Source of the DNA: a bacterium
GTDB lineage: Bacteria > Fidelibacterota > Fidelibacteria > Fidelibacterales > Fidelibacteraceae
NCBI GenBank assembly: GCA_963676395.1
Contig: OY781066.1
Span: 704,001-768,000, forward strand
Direction of reading: 5' to 3'
Length of the DNA: 64,000 nt
A model generated the notes under the pieces. That model had not been told where the DNA came from and did no database searches. It worked only from the letters and a program-made list of their open reading frames with translations. Shown in pieces: positions 28,716 through 38,800 of the stretch; the stretch's first letter is position 1; every line of letters starts with the position of its first letter. The position numbers and the translations under genes are program-made.

Positions 28716-29624
28716 ATGGGAAATAACAAGCAGCATACACTAATCTATCTAACGGGAAAACAGTCTCGCGAAATCACTTTCAAGAGAAAACATATCGCCA
28801 TGCTTATTGGTGCAGTTTCTTTCTTGTTAGTTGTTTTGATCGCAGGATCAACCTATTTTGGTTTCCGTTATCTTGCTTCTGCCCGCTTTACTTCACCAAA
28901 AATAAAAAATCAAGCCTTACTTAATACCATCGAAGAATTACGAACAGAGCTTTCAAATACCGAAGCTTATCTCGACTCCATGGTTGAACTTAATAATCAT
29001 ATCAGACTTTATGCCGATTTACCTCAACATGATTTAAAGATTAAAAATTTAGGTGTTGGCGGTCGTACACAAATTGCAAGTGCCGAAACAAGCAGCTCCG
29101 AAATCACAGGTATCAATGCCGGCATTGCCATGTTAAGTACAAAAGTCTCGGTTGAGCTTGAAAATTATAAAAGTCTGTATGCCGACATTCAGAAATACAA
29201 AGACCGACTTGACTATATTCCGGCGATCACACCACTGAATACAAAAAAATACTGGATCAGTTCACCTTTTGGATATCGTTCGGATCCATTTACTTCAGCT
29301 AAGAAATTCCATTCCGGCATTGATTTGGCCGCAAGACGAGGCACTCCCGTTCATGCTACCGGAAAAGGTAAGGTTATCTATGCAAAAATGTCATATGGCG
29401 GTTACGGTAATTTAATTAAAATTGACCATGGCGACGGACTAATAACCAAATATGCTCATCTATATGAAATAAAAATTAAAAAAGGTGATATCGTTGAACG
29501 TGGTCAACTTATCGGTAAAGTTGGCACCACAGGTCGTTCTACAGGTCCTCACCTGCATTATGAAGTAAACGTGCATGGCAAGGCTGTAAATCCTATCAGA
29601 TATATGTGGGATGACGAAAGTTAA
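28716..29624 (+). CDS. M23 family metallopeptidase
   Basis: HSGIDL, YAHL and STGPHLHYEV motifs; N-terminal TM segment and coiled coil. Confidence 0.92.
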   Translation: MGNNKQHTLIYLTGKQSREITFKRKHIAMLIGAVSFLLVVLIAGSTYFGFRYLASARFTSPKIKNQALLNTIEELRTELSNTEAYLDSMVELNNHIRLYADLPQHDLKIKNLGVGGRTQIASAETSSSEITGINAGIAMLSTKVSVELENYKSLYADIQKYKDRLDYIPAITPLNTKKYWISSPFGYRSDPFTSAKKFHSGIDLAARRGTPVHATGKGKVIYAKMSYGGYGNLIKIDHGDGLITKYAHLYEIKIKKGDIVERGQLIGKVGTTGRSTGPHLHYEVNVHGKAVNPIRYMWDDES

Positions 29625-29648
29625 TACTTGAAAATTGAAAATAGATTT

Positions 29649-29674
29649 GAGGATCCGAAAACGGGTCCTTTTTT
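29649..29674 (+). terminator. Intrinsic terminator
   Basis: GAGGATCCGAAAACGGGTCCTTTTTT. Confidence 0.75.
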
Positions 29675-29712
29675 ATATTTTATATAAATAATTGCTTGTT
29701 GATTAATCCAAA

Positions 29713-31131
29713 TTAATCTCCAAGACAATACAAGTATCCATCTCTGGAGCCGACATAGATCTTACCATCATAAACAAAAGGAGTTGATTCTACACCACCA
29801 ATATATTTTCGAGTGATCTTGCTGACTCTTCCATTTTGAGAAACTTGAAACAAGGAAACACCTGAATAAGACCCTGCAATAATCTTGTCATCTACAAAAA
29901 GCGGGGTTGAAATACTTTGTGAGATCCAATGCTTAGCCTTACGCTTTGGTTGATTATATTGATATTTCAGATTCGGGCCCCAGGTCTTTACCGTATCCAA
30001 TTCATCGTGGATCAAAACATGTAAATACCCATCAACACCCGAAACCGCAGCTAAATGTGGCATATCGGGACTTTTACATAAATCGTTGACAGATGCCGTA
30101 CCGATCACACCACCATCCCAAGTAGCGTTTTCTCTATCATCATTTCCGGTTGGATAATACCAAACAACACATGAAGAATCTGCAGGTTTTGAGGGATCTA
30201 ATTTAAATACCCCGCCATGACCTTCGATATATTGTTTTTCTACCGTAATCAAAATACAATTATCGTAAGTCACGGTCGCCGAGCCATCCATATCCGCACC
30301 GATAAAAAAGTCCCAATCAATCATCCGGGTTTTTAGATTGTAACCATATACATGACCCGAGCCCGAAGATATATATAAATGATCATCAATTCGAGATGGA
30401 GATGATTCTGTTACCAGATTATAAGCATGTTTTATTTTATCATCAGAATGAAAAAGTCTGTGTCGTTCCAGCGTTTTTGGAATAAGCTCTCCACCCCCAT
30501 CAATTTTTTCCGGATCGGGATCAAAAACCACCAATTCACCCAATTCAAGTGGTAAGTAGACCGTATCTTTAAAGATAAGTGGGGTTGCATCCACATCCGC
30601 AGAATAGGAGTGAAATGAACGTCGAATAACATGGTACAACCAACGCTCTTCAGCATTCTTGTAAGAAATAGCACGAAAAGGATAAATATTTCCGGACCAT
30701 GTTGTATTTTCAACACCGCGGCGAGATCCTTGTAATATCAGCCATTCACCGGAAGGAGCCTGCCATAATGCTCCGGTCCCCTTAATAGCATCCGGAAATT
30801 CATATTCCCAAATTATTTTACCGCTGTCGGCATCGATCTTTCGCAAATAGTGAGACAAAGAACCGTGAACCAGATAGCGCTTACCGGCTTCCTCTACCAT
30901 TAACGGCTGGCCTGTCCAACCACTGCCACGCCAAACTCGCTGCTTGGATCCAACTTTTGTTATCCCCTCCCCCAACCAGGTTTTCCAAATCACATTCAAG
31001 TCCGCAGGGGCGTTTTCACCATAATAATTACGCATATCATTGCCAAGGTAAGTAGGATTGATGAGAGTGAGCTCTTGGGCGGATAATATACCAATGAGTA
31101 TACTGAAGATAATGAAGTATTTTTTAAACAT
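29713..31131 (-). CDS. Secreted PQQ-like beta-propeller protein
   Basis: Signal peptide from ATG at 31131; repeated STP/SSP..W motifs; ends GSRDGYLYCL. Confidence 0.7.
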   Translation of the reverse strand: MFKKYFIIFSILIGILSAQELTLINPTYLGNDMRNYYGENAPADLNVIWKTWLGEGITKVGSKQRVWRGSGWTGQPLMVEEAGKRYLVHGSLSHYLRKIDADSGKIIWEYEFPDAIKGTGALWQAPSGEWLILQGSRRGVENTTWSGNIYPFRAISYKNAEERWLYHVIRRSFHSYSADVDATPLIFKDTVYLPLELGELVVFDPDPEKIDGGGELIPKTLERHRLFHSDDKIKHAYNLVTESSPSRIDDHLYISSGSGHVYGYNLKTRMIDWDFFIGADMDGSATVTYDNCILITVEKQYIEGHGGVFKLDPSKPADSSCVVWYYPTGNDDRENATWDGGVIGTASVNDLCKSPDMPHLAAVSGVDGYLHVLIHDELDTVKTWGPNLKYQYNQPKRKAKHWISQSISTPLFVDDKIIAGSYSGVSLFQVSQNGRVSKITRKYIGGVESTPFVYDGKIYVGSRDGYLYCLGD

Positions 31132-31265
31132 TGAGAATAATTTCCTAAAGAACAAATGCATTCCTGCGATTGTACGAACGCCTATAAAGTCGCCTATACT
31201 TCTTGACTTAATCCAAGGGTTCATCACTACAATTATTTTATTCCATGCTATCGTATAATAATATT

Positions 31266-32045
31266 TTAATACAACAACTTACTTAAAATCGCAGCTGCCG
31301 CTACCGCTGCATTCAACGATTCGGCGCCGCCGATAGAAGGGAGCGTTAGATCAATATGAGTCAATTCATCAAATTCGGGATCTACACCGCGAGCTTCATT
31401 CCCTATAACCAGCATAAAGGGAGAAATATTCTCAATATTAATTTCATCAAGCTTTATATCGCTGTGCGCCTTGCTTAAAATCAGAGTTCTTCCATTTATC
31501 ATATCGTCATTCATCGTATCTTGATATACAAATGGCATATGGAAAAACGACCCCATACTGGAGCGTACGACTTTTGGATTGTGACAATCAACCGAACCTT
31601 TAAGCAACAAAACACCGCCCATACCAAACCAATGTGCTATACGAAACAATGTGCCAACATTTCCCGGATCCTGAAGTTTATCCAAAACAAGAATATTACC
31701 TTTAAGATCACTTAACTCATAATCCTTCTGCTCGGCAATGGCAACAATACCCTGGGGATTTATCTCCGAAGAAATTTGCTTTAATTCTGATCCGCTTACC
31801 TCATAGCATAGAGTATCCGCCTCTTCTTGTAATGTGAATAGCAACTCTTTTACACCCGGTTTATTTAGAAAGAAAGGATTGTAAAATACTTCCTTGATCT
31901 TATAATCGCTTTTTATGGCTTCTTCCAAAGGGAGTAATCCTTCAATCACGATCACATGATCAATGCTACGAAATTTTTTCTTCTGATAGCTTATGGCTCT
32001 TTTTAAAACAGCCTGACTCATAAGTGTTGTTTGTAAATCATTCAT
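31266..32045 (-). CDS. TrmH/SpoU family RNA methyltransferase
   Basis: LQDPGNVGTLFR, IGNEARGV and ESLNAAVA motifs. Confidence 0.9.
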   Translation of the reverse strand: MNDLQTTLMSQAVLKRAISYQKKKFRSIDHVIVIEGLLPLEEAIKSDYKIKEVFYNPFFLNKPGVKELLFTLQEEADTLCYEVSGSELKQISSEINPQGIVAIAEQKDYELSDLKGNILVLDKLQDPGNVGTLFRIAHWFGMGGVLLLKGSVDCHNPKVVRSSMGSFFHMPFVYQDTMNDDMINGRTLILSKAHSDIKLDEINIENISPFMLVIGNEARGVDPEFDELTHIDLTLPSIGGAESLNAAVAAAAILSKLLY

Positions 32046-32218
32046 GTTGAAATATATGAAATACACAGGAGCGAAAAAAGACTTCAATTTTATATTAATA
32101 TATTGTATCATTTAAGGTTTATTATGGCAGGCAATAACATTTTTATCCTTCCATGCGAAGTCCTCCAACTGACAGCAGGAAAGACCTAAAATACATTTTT
32201 TTACCATACACAGGTACC

Positions 32219-33526
32219 ATGAAAAAGAAAAATAAGAACAACAAATTTTGGATGCGCCTGGATACCTCCGCACAGATCTATCCGGCCATCGAATCGGCAG
32301 AGAATACCAATATATACCGAATTTGGACCCAACTGAAAGAAGATATAGATATTGATCTGCTCAGGAAAGCACTGGAAATCATTAAACCACGCTTTCCCTA
32401 TTTCAATGTCCATCTTCGCACCGGTTTTTTTTGGCATTATCTAGAAGAAAATGATAATCCTTCTAAAATCTGGCCCGATTCCCCAAATCCTTGCGAAAGA
32501 CTTTATCCTATCTACAACAACGGTTATCTTTACCTGGTAAGAGTTTACAAGAACAAACTATCGGTAGAATTCTTCCACGTACTAACCGATGGCGCAGGAG
32601 CCATGGAATTTTTAAAAACATTGATCTCGCATTATTTTATTCTCAAAGGAAAAATTAATGAAGAACCTGACGGTATCATGAAGATCGGTGAGAAACCTGA
32701 TTTGGAAGAATACGAAGATGCCTTCCCAAAGATCCTTGAAATGGATAAAGATAAACTGGATAAAGCTCCCCGTCAGCGCTCACTGTTTAATACCGATGGT
32801 GTTTTTAAACAACGAGATAAATATCTTCCTCTAGGGAGATACAAAGTGATTATTGGCACGGTTCCACTTATAGATTTAAAAAACATATCAAAAAAATATG
32901 AATGTACCATCACAGAGCTTTTAGCTTCTTTATATGTAGAAGCTTTGATCCTGATCCAGCATGAACAGATAAAAAACAAAAAGAAACACAAAAATATCGG
33001 ACTTGAAATTCCCGTAAATATGCGTTTCTTATACCCTATAAAATCCATGCGCAATTTTTCATTGTTTGTAGTTCCACGATTTAATCCAAAAGAATTGGAT
33101 AAATTTGAGGATATCATTGCATTCCTGAAACCATACATGAAAAAACATGTCACGAAAGAATATCTCCTGACGATGGCAGAAGACAATTACAAGATCACTC
33201 AAGATCCTATAATTAAATACGTCCCCATCTTTTTAAAAGATTTTATTATTCGATTTTTATCTCACACACAAGGTCATGCACAATTTTCCGGCACCATCTC
33301 AAATCTGGGTGCTATTAAAATACCGGATGAACTTCTTGAGCATATCGAGGATATGGGCGTACTCTTGGGACCATCATATCATTCTCTTACCGGATGTGGT
33401 GTTGTAGGATTTAAAGACCACATCCACATCAATTTCGGACGTATCAATAAAGACCCAAGGGTTGAACGTCATGTTTTCAGACGCCTTGTTGAAATGGGCG
33501 CACACGTTAAATTAAAAAGCAATTGA
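32219..33526 (+). CDS. Alcohol acetyltransferase/condensation-domain-like protein
   Basis: WMRLD, FFHVLTDGAG (HxxxDG), PVNMR and SNLG motifs. Confidence 0.7.
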   Translation: MKKKNKNNKFWMRLDTSAQIYPAIESAENTNIYRIWTQLKEDIDIDLLRKALEIIKPRFPYFNVHLRTGFFWHYLEENDNPSKIWPDSPNPCERLYPIYNNGYLYLVRVYKNKLSVEFFHVLTDGAGAMEFLKTLISHYFILKGKINEEPDGIMKIGEKPDLEEYEDAFPKILEMDKDKLDKAPRQRSLFNTDGVFKQRDKYLPLGRYKVIIGTVPLIDLKNISKKYECTITELLASLYVEALILIQHEQIKNKKKHKNIGLEIPVNMRFLYPIKSMRNFSLFVVPRFNPKELDKFEDIIAFLKPYMKKHVTKEYLLTMAEDNYKITQDPIIKYVPIFLKDFIIRFLSHTQGHAQFSGTISNLGAIKIPDELLEHIEDMGVLLGPSYHSLTGCGVVGFKDHIHINFGRINKDPRVERHVFRRLVEMGAHVKLKSN

Positions 33527-33533
33527 GGTAATT

Positions 33534-34415
33534 ATGTCATATTGTGTCCATTGCGGAGTAAAATTATCGGACTACCATGAAGAATGTCCATTATGCAGAA
33601 CTAAGGTTTTCAACCCCAACGTAAAGGTCGATCCCGAAACGCGGGACTTCCCAAAATATCGGGAGCATTTAAAAGTTACCGACCCACATCATATGAAAAG
33701 TTTATTGGCAGGCATGGTTATTTCTTTTGCTGTTGCTATCTATATCGTTGTGCTTTTATTAATCAACTATTTGGTTAATGGTACCATTTCCTGGTCACTT
33801 ATCCCAACCCTTTCCCTTCTATTGGTTTGGTTTGGCGTAGGATTACCCTTTTTGCGACAAGGACAAACGGGATTCAGGCTATATACGGCTGACAGTTTTG
33901 CCATAGCAATCTATCTATTGGCTCTTAACTTTGTCATATCGGGCAACTTATCCTGGGCTAAATATGCCTCACCGGGTGTGATCTTCATTTGGATGATCAT
34001 GGCCGGCATTCTTGGGAGGGATCATATTAAACGACGCATACCCCTGGTCCTATATTATATTATCGGCACTATCGTCTTTACAGCTTTTTACGCATTCTTG
34101 TTTACCAATAATCAAGTTATCATCAACGTTATTTTACCGATCTATTTAGTTGGTCTATTTTTTACAATTATTACATATCTTTTCTCTAAAGCAATGGTTT
34201 TTGATATCTACAAGTTTCTGGCTATTGTCTTTATGAACGTTGCTCTTAGTTCTTTTAGCATTGATATGATCCTTACGCATTATTTTCACGGTAGCTTTAA
34301 TCCTACTTGGTCGATTATCGTACTTATTGCACTTGTTCCGCTGAGTCTTGCCGGGCTTATGATGCGAAATCTTAGAACACTTAGAACTTTTATTGCGAAA
34401 AAATTCCATCACTAA
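33534..34415 (+). CDS. DUF6320-like zinc-ribbon membrane protein
   Basis: YCVHCGV...CPLC, several TM segments, C-terminal KKFHH. Confidence 0.65.
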   Translation: MSYCVHCGVKLSDYHEECPLCRTKVFNPNVKVDPETRDFPKYREHLKVTDPHHMKSLLAGMVISFAVAIYIVVLLLINYLVNGTISWSLIPTLSLLLVWFGVGLPFLRQGQTGFRLYTADSFAIAIYLLALNFVISGNLSWAKYASPGVIFIWMIMAGILGRDHIKRRIPLVLYYIIGTIVFTAFYAFLFTNNQVIINVILPIYLVGLFFTIITYLFSKAMVFDIYKFLAIVFMNVALSSFSIDMILTHYFHGSFNPTWSIIVLIALVPLSLAGLMMRNLRTLRTFIAKKFHH

Positions 34416-34424
34416 GGAAATATT

Positions 34425-35429
34425 ATGAGTATTGATGCTATTAAAACGTTGGTTGACATTCCCTCCCCCAGCGGTTACACCGAAAATGTGATCGTGGCGA
34501 TTGAGGAGTCCTTGAAAAGCAAGAATTACCATATCTCAAGAACTTACAAAGGATCGCTGATCGTATCTACGGTTGAAGATCCCAAATTGATGGTAATGGG
34601 ACATATTGATACTTTGGGTGGTATGGTCTCCGAGATCACATCCACCGGCACGTTACGCATTTCTCAGTTAGGCGGCTATCCGCCGAATAGCTTTGAGGGC
34701 GAGTATGTAAGTGTTCAAACCATGACGGATAAATCATATCGTGGAACTTTTTTGCTAGATAATCCGGCCGCACATGTCAACAAAGAGGTAAAAAGTACCG
34801 AGCGTAGCATGCAAAATATGCATATTCGTTTAGATGCCGAAGTTTCATCTATTGAAGACGTGAAAAAACTTGGTATTTCAGTTGGTGATTTTATCTTTTT
34901 TGACCCTCGTTTTGAAGTGACCGATACCGGTTATATAAAATCACGCTTCATGGATGATAAAGCTTGCTCGGGTATTATGTTGGATATCCTTCTAAAAGAA
35001 TTTGAATTGCTCAAAGATAAAAAAGTCGGCTTTTATTTTTCTAATTACGAAGAAGTCGGCCATGCCTGCCCGGCCGGGGTTCCGAAAAGTGTAAAGGATG
35101 TTCTGATCGCTGACATGGGTGTTGTGGGTGATGGTGTTACCGGCGAGGAAAGCAAGGTCTCTATTTGCGCTAAAGATTCCGCTGGTCCCTACGACCTGAC
35201 ATTCCGCAATAAACTGGTATCATTATCAGTCAAGAATAATATTGCACACACAGTAGATGTCTTCCCATATTACGCCAGTGACGGAACCGCCCTATTGAAC
35301 GCCGGAAATGATATCCGAGTCGGTTTGATTGGACCGGGCGTATCCGCATCACATGGTGTTGAAAGAACACACAAAAAGGGCATTGAAGCCACAAGACAAT
35401 TGATTATGGCGCTGATAGCGACCTATTAG
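34425..35429 (+). CDS. M42 family metallopeptidase
   Basis: PSPSGYT, HIDTLG, SRFMDDK, EEVG and SHGVERTH motifs. Confidence 0.88.
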   Translation: MSIDAIKTLVDIPSPSGYTENVIVAIEESLKSKNYHISRTYKGSLIVSTVEDPKLMVMGHIDTLGGMVSEITSTGTLRISQLGGYPPNSFEGEYVSVQTMTDKSYRGTFLLDNPAAHVNKEVKSTERSMQNMHIRLDAEVSSIEDVKKLGISVGDFIFFDPRFEVTDTGYIKSRFMDDKACSGIMLDILLKEFELLKDKKVGFYFSNYEEVGHACPAGVPKSVKDVLIADMGVVGDGVTGEESKVSICAKDSAGPYDLTFRNKLVSLSVKNNIAHTVDVFPYYASDGTALLNAGNDIRVGLIGPGVSASHGVERTHKKGIEATRQLIMALIATY

Positions 35430-35439
35430 AAAGGATTTT

Positions 35440-36516
35440 ATGCAATTAGGATTTATAGGATTAAAATTTTCAGGTAAAAGTACTCTGTTTGAATTATTAA
35501 CACAGGGAAAATTCGAATCTGTTCAAACCGGCATGGCCGAATATCATCGTGGGCAAGTCATGGTTCCGGATGAACGCATCGAACGATTATCTGAATTATT
35601 CAATCCCAAAAAAACAACTTTTGCTCAGTTTGATTGTATTGATGTCATGGGTTTACCTGCATCCATGCGAACCGATCAGGCCGCCAAATATTTGGAAGCC
35701 GTTCGTCAGACCGACGCTTTAGTTGCGGTCATCCAAGCTTTCGAAGGTTATAATGCCGAAGGACAATTAGCTAAGATCGATCCGGTCGCAGATTTAAAAC
35801 GCTTGGAAGATGATTTGATTTTTGCGGATTTGCTTGTTATTGAGAACAGACTTGATAAGGTTAAACACTTACAACAGCGAGGAGCACCTCAATTTGACAA
35901 ACATGAATTGGACATTCTAACGAAGTGCCATACTGCGCTTGAAAATGATACACCTTTACGCAAGATAGAGATCAGCGAAAACGAAGCAAAACTTATTCGC
36001 GGATTTCAATTGCTGTCACTTAAACCACTGATGGCCGTCATCAACTGTGATGAAGCTCACTATAATAGAAAAGATGAGATCGAAGCGACATTTACAGCCA
36101 CTTTTTCGGATATTAAGGTAACATCCGTATCTGCTTTAGCTGAAAAAGAGATCCAGGAACTGGATGCCGACGAACGTGAGATGTTTATGGAAGAACTGGG
36201 TATTGATGAGCCAGCCATTAATCATGTAATTAGCACCTCATACGCCGCTATAGGGCTGATCTCCTTCTTTACGGTGGGAGAGGATGAGGTCCGCGCCTGG
36301 AACCTTAAAACGCCTGCTACGGCTCCGGAAGCTGCCGGTGTGATCCATTCTGATCTCCAAAAAGGATTCATTAGAGCCGAGGTTATTGCTTACAATGACT
36401 TTATGGATGTTAACGGCAACATGGTCGAAGCAAAATCAAAAGGCACTGTAAGACTTGAAGGCAAAGACTATCTTGTGAAAGATGGTGATATATTAAATAT
36501 TAGGTTTAATATCTAA
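35440..36516 (+). CDS. ychF: YchF-family (Obg-like) ATPase
   Basis: GKSTLF, VPDER, FFTVGEDEVRAW, HSDLQKGFIRAEV and EGKDYLVKDGD motifs. Confidence 0.85.
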   Translation: MQLGFIGLKFSGKSTLFELLTQGKFESVQTGMAEYHRGQVMVPDERIERLSELFNPKKTTFAQFDCIDVMGLPASMRTDQAAKYLEAVRQTDALVAVIQAFEGYNAEGQLAKIDPVADLKRLEDDLIFADLLVIENRLDKVKHLQQRGAPQFDKHELDILTKCHTALENDTPLRKIEISENEAKLIRGFQLLSLKPLMAVINCDEAHYNRKDEIEATFTATFSDIKVTSVSALAEKEIQELDADEREMFMEELGIDEPAINHVISTSYAAIGLISFFTVGEDEVRAWNLKTPATAPEAAGVIHSDLQKGFIRAEVIAYNDFMDVNGNMVEAKSKGTVRLEGKDYLVKDGDILNIRFNI

Positions 36517-36591
36517 CAGAAGTCAGAAGTCAGAAGTCAGAAGTCAGAAGTCAGAAGTCAGAAGTCAGAAGTCAGAAGTCAGAAGTCAGAA
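36517..36591 (+). repeat. Perfect heptamer tandem repeat (CAGAAGT)x10 plus partial unit
   Basis: Read directly; starts immediately after the ychF stop codon. Confidence 0.97.
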
Positions 36592-36604
36592 AAAAAATAC
36601 AAAA

Positions 36605-36632
36605 TAGCCGCGAGTTTTGCTTGCGGTTTTTT
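36605..36632 (+). terminator. Probable intrinsic terminator
   Basis: GCCGCGAG-TTTTG-CTTGCGGT plus T tract. Confidence 0.6.
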
Positions 36633-36881
36633 ATTAGAGCAAGTTGCTTGGAAGCTCATTGCATAACTTTTTGATTTGGCTCAAATTATTTGAGTCAATT
36701 TAGTTTTTTTTCATATAAAAAAACAATTCATCACTTAAAACCCTTATAAAAAGGGTATCGAAAATAAGTTTAGAATAAAAAATAAAAATAATAGAATCGA
36801 TAAATTGAATTCAACTCTTTTCAAAGGGAACAATATTAATTATTATTTACTTAATGTAATTATTACTATTTGGAGAATATT

Positions 36882-38507
36882 ATGAAAAAGTTAAGTGTAT
36901 TCTTATTAATACTTCTAACACTCAGTTCCTGTCAGCTATTTACATTCCTGGGAGAAGAAGCAACGGGAAATCTCTATTTTGAGGTTGAGATTGAAGACGT
37001 AACCCCCTCTGCTGTCACAGTGATCTACGAAAACAATGATGGTGAAATAAAAACCGAACTATTAAAATTTGCGTTCAGTCATGATGGTTTATACAAAACC
37101 AAGACGATCAGCTTAAACACCGGCGACTATTCACTTAAACAATTCCTTGTCATTAACAGTACCGATTCAATACTGGCCGCGGCTCCTTTGAATGGCTCAA
37201 CAAAGGCAGGTGATGCACTAGAAGTATTACCTATTGATTTCAAGATCAAAAAGAATAAAACCTATATTTTAACACCCGAAATCCTCCCCTATTCTGGAAA
37301 CGATACACCAGAGACCTTTGGCTACAGTTCGGAAACAATTAATGTTATTAGCCAATATGACGATTTCGGTAACGCTATAAACAACTTTTCATTCGATCTT
37401 ATTCGGGAGATCATCAAAAGTGATACAGCTAATGTTTTTATTTCACCCGTAAGTATGATGTATGCCTTTGGCCTACTTTATCCCGCAAGTGGTGGAGAAA
37501 CAACTCAAGCTTTACGAGATGTTTTTTATTTGAATGATTTCTCCAACGGGAATGAGCTATATCAATTGTATAAAGACTTCGGAACCTATTTAACGACTCT
37601 CGACGAAGGTGTAGATCTTTCATTGGCACATGCATTTTGGTATAAGCAGGGATTCAATCCAACTGCATCATATTTAAATATTCTTGATACTTATTTTAAT
37701 ACTGAAGTGTCAGATATGAATTTTGTAGATAATGTTAACGCAGCAAAAATAATCAATCAATGGGCAGCTGATCATACGAACGATAAAATCAAAGATATCG
37801 TTAAACCTTCACTGTTTGGGGATGAAACCGCTGCCGTTCTTGCCAATGCCACTTACTTCTTGGGAAAATGGATAAACGGTTTTAACAAGAATAATACCGA
37901 AAGTAAAACCTTTTATACATCCACAGATGAAAGTACTAGTATCCACTGTGATATGATGCGTGGTGGAACTGAAGATGCCCCCTTCGGCATGGATTATTAC
38001 TCCGATAGCGATATTCAAATTGTTAATATTCCTTTCAAGAATAATTCTCGTTACGAAATGGCCTGTATCATGCCTAAGCAACAAACATGTGATGAACTCT
38101 TAGCAAACATAGATGACGAGCAATGGAATACATGGATGGATCAAACTCATCCTACAAACATCATTCTTGAAATACCTAAATTCAAAGAATTATACAAATA
38201 CGATATGAATGATCCGTTAAAGGCACTTGGCTTAACAAATTTATTTATCGCCCCGGATCTTAGTGCTATGTTTGAAGGAGATATTCCATTACAAGTTAGC
38301 AACGTCCTGCAAGACACCTATATATCAGTCGATGAAGCCGGAGCCGAAGCAGCAGCAACAACCGTGATTATATTTGACTATACTACATCTGTCCCTATAG
38401 TAGTAAAAGAAGTCAAATTTGACCATCCTTTTATCTATGCTATACAAGATTCACAAACAAATGCAATTGTATTTTTGGGTGTTATGACTGAACCAAAGCT
38501 TGAGTAA
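36882..38507 (+). CDS. Serpin-domain lipoprotein
   Basis: Lipobox LSSC; NVFISPVS, NATYFLGKW, IPKF, hinge VDEAGAEAAA and FDHPFIYAI motifs. Confidence 0.9.
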   Translation: MKKLSVFLLILLTLSSCQLFTFLGEEATGNLYFEVEIEDVTPSAVTVIYENNDGEIKTELLKFAFSHDGLYKTKTISLNTGDYSLKQFLVINSTDSILAAAPLNGSTKAGDALEVLPIDFKIKKNKTYILTPEILPYSGNDTPETFGYSSETINVISQYDDFGNAINNFSFDLIREIIKSDTANVFISPVSMMYAFGLLYPASGGETTQALRDVFYLNDFSNGNELYQLYKDFGTYLTTLDEGVDLSLAHAFWYKQGFNPTASYLNILDTYFNTEVSDMNFVDNVNAAKIINQWAADHTNDKIKDIVKPSLFGDETAAVLANATYFLGKWINGFNKNNTESKTFYTSTDESTSIHCDMMRGGTEDAPFGMDYYSDSDIQIVNIPFKNNSRYEMACIMPKQQTCDELLANIDDEQWNTWMDQTHPTNIILEIPKFKELYKYDMNDPLKALGLTNLFIAPDLSAMFEGDIPLQVSNVLQDTYISVDEAGAEAAATTVIIFDYTTSVPIVVKEVKFDHPFIYAIQDSQTNAIVFLGVMTEPKLE

Positions 38508-38526
38508 CATGTAATCGAAATTTATT

Positions 38527-38556
38527 AAAAGCCCGGGCTTGTCTCGGGCTTTTTTT
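38527..38556 (+). terminator. Intrinsic terminator
   Basis: AAAAGCCCGGG-CTTGT-CTCGGGCTTTTTTT. Confidence 0.75.
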
Positions 38557-38559
38557 ATT

Positions 38560-38699
38560 GAACCGAGTCAGTTGAAAGATTGAGCAACCGCCTCAGTTAG
38601 GAATCGACTCAACTGAGTCGGTTGGGCTGAGCTTGGATCGAGTCGGTTGGAGGTCGATTCAACCGAGTCGATTGAATTACAATTTATTTGAGTCAATCA
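38560..38699. repeat. Array of 15-bp palindromes (CAACCGAGTCGGTTG-like) with 25-bp period
   Basis: Units start at 38560, 38585, 38610, 38635, 38660 and 38685 (last one degenerate). Confidence 0.8.
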
Positions 38700-38716
38700 A
38701 TTCCCTCTAAAACAAC

Positions 38717-38741
38717 AAAACCCCTCATCACTGAGGGGCTT
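38717..38741 (-). terminator. Probable terminator of clpX
   Basis: Plus strand AAAACCCCTCA-TCAC-TGAGGGGCTT. Confidence 0.65.
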
Positions 38742-38800
38742 ATATAAATAAGTATAGAAAATTAAGTCTTCGAAAAGTTAAGAAAACTATGTCAGTTAAA

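Noticed and set aside
38560..38699. 25-bp periodic array as a mini-CRISPR
   Set aside because: 15-bp repeats with 10-bp spacers are too short, the units are degenerate, and there is no cas gene or leader
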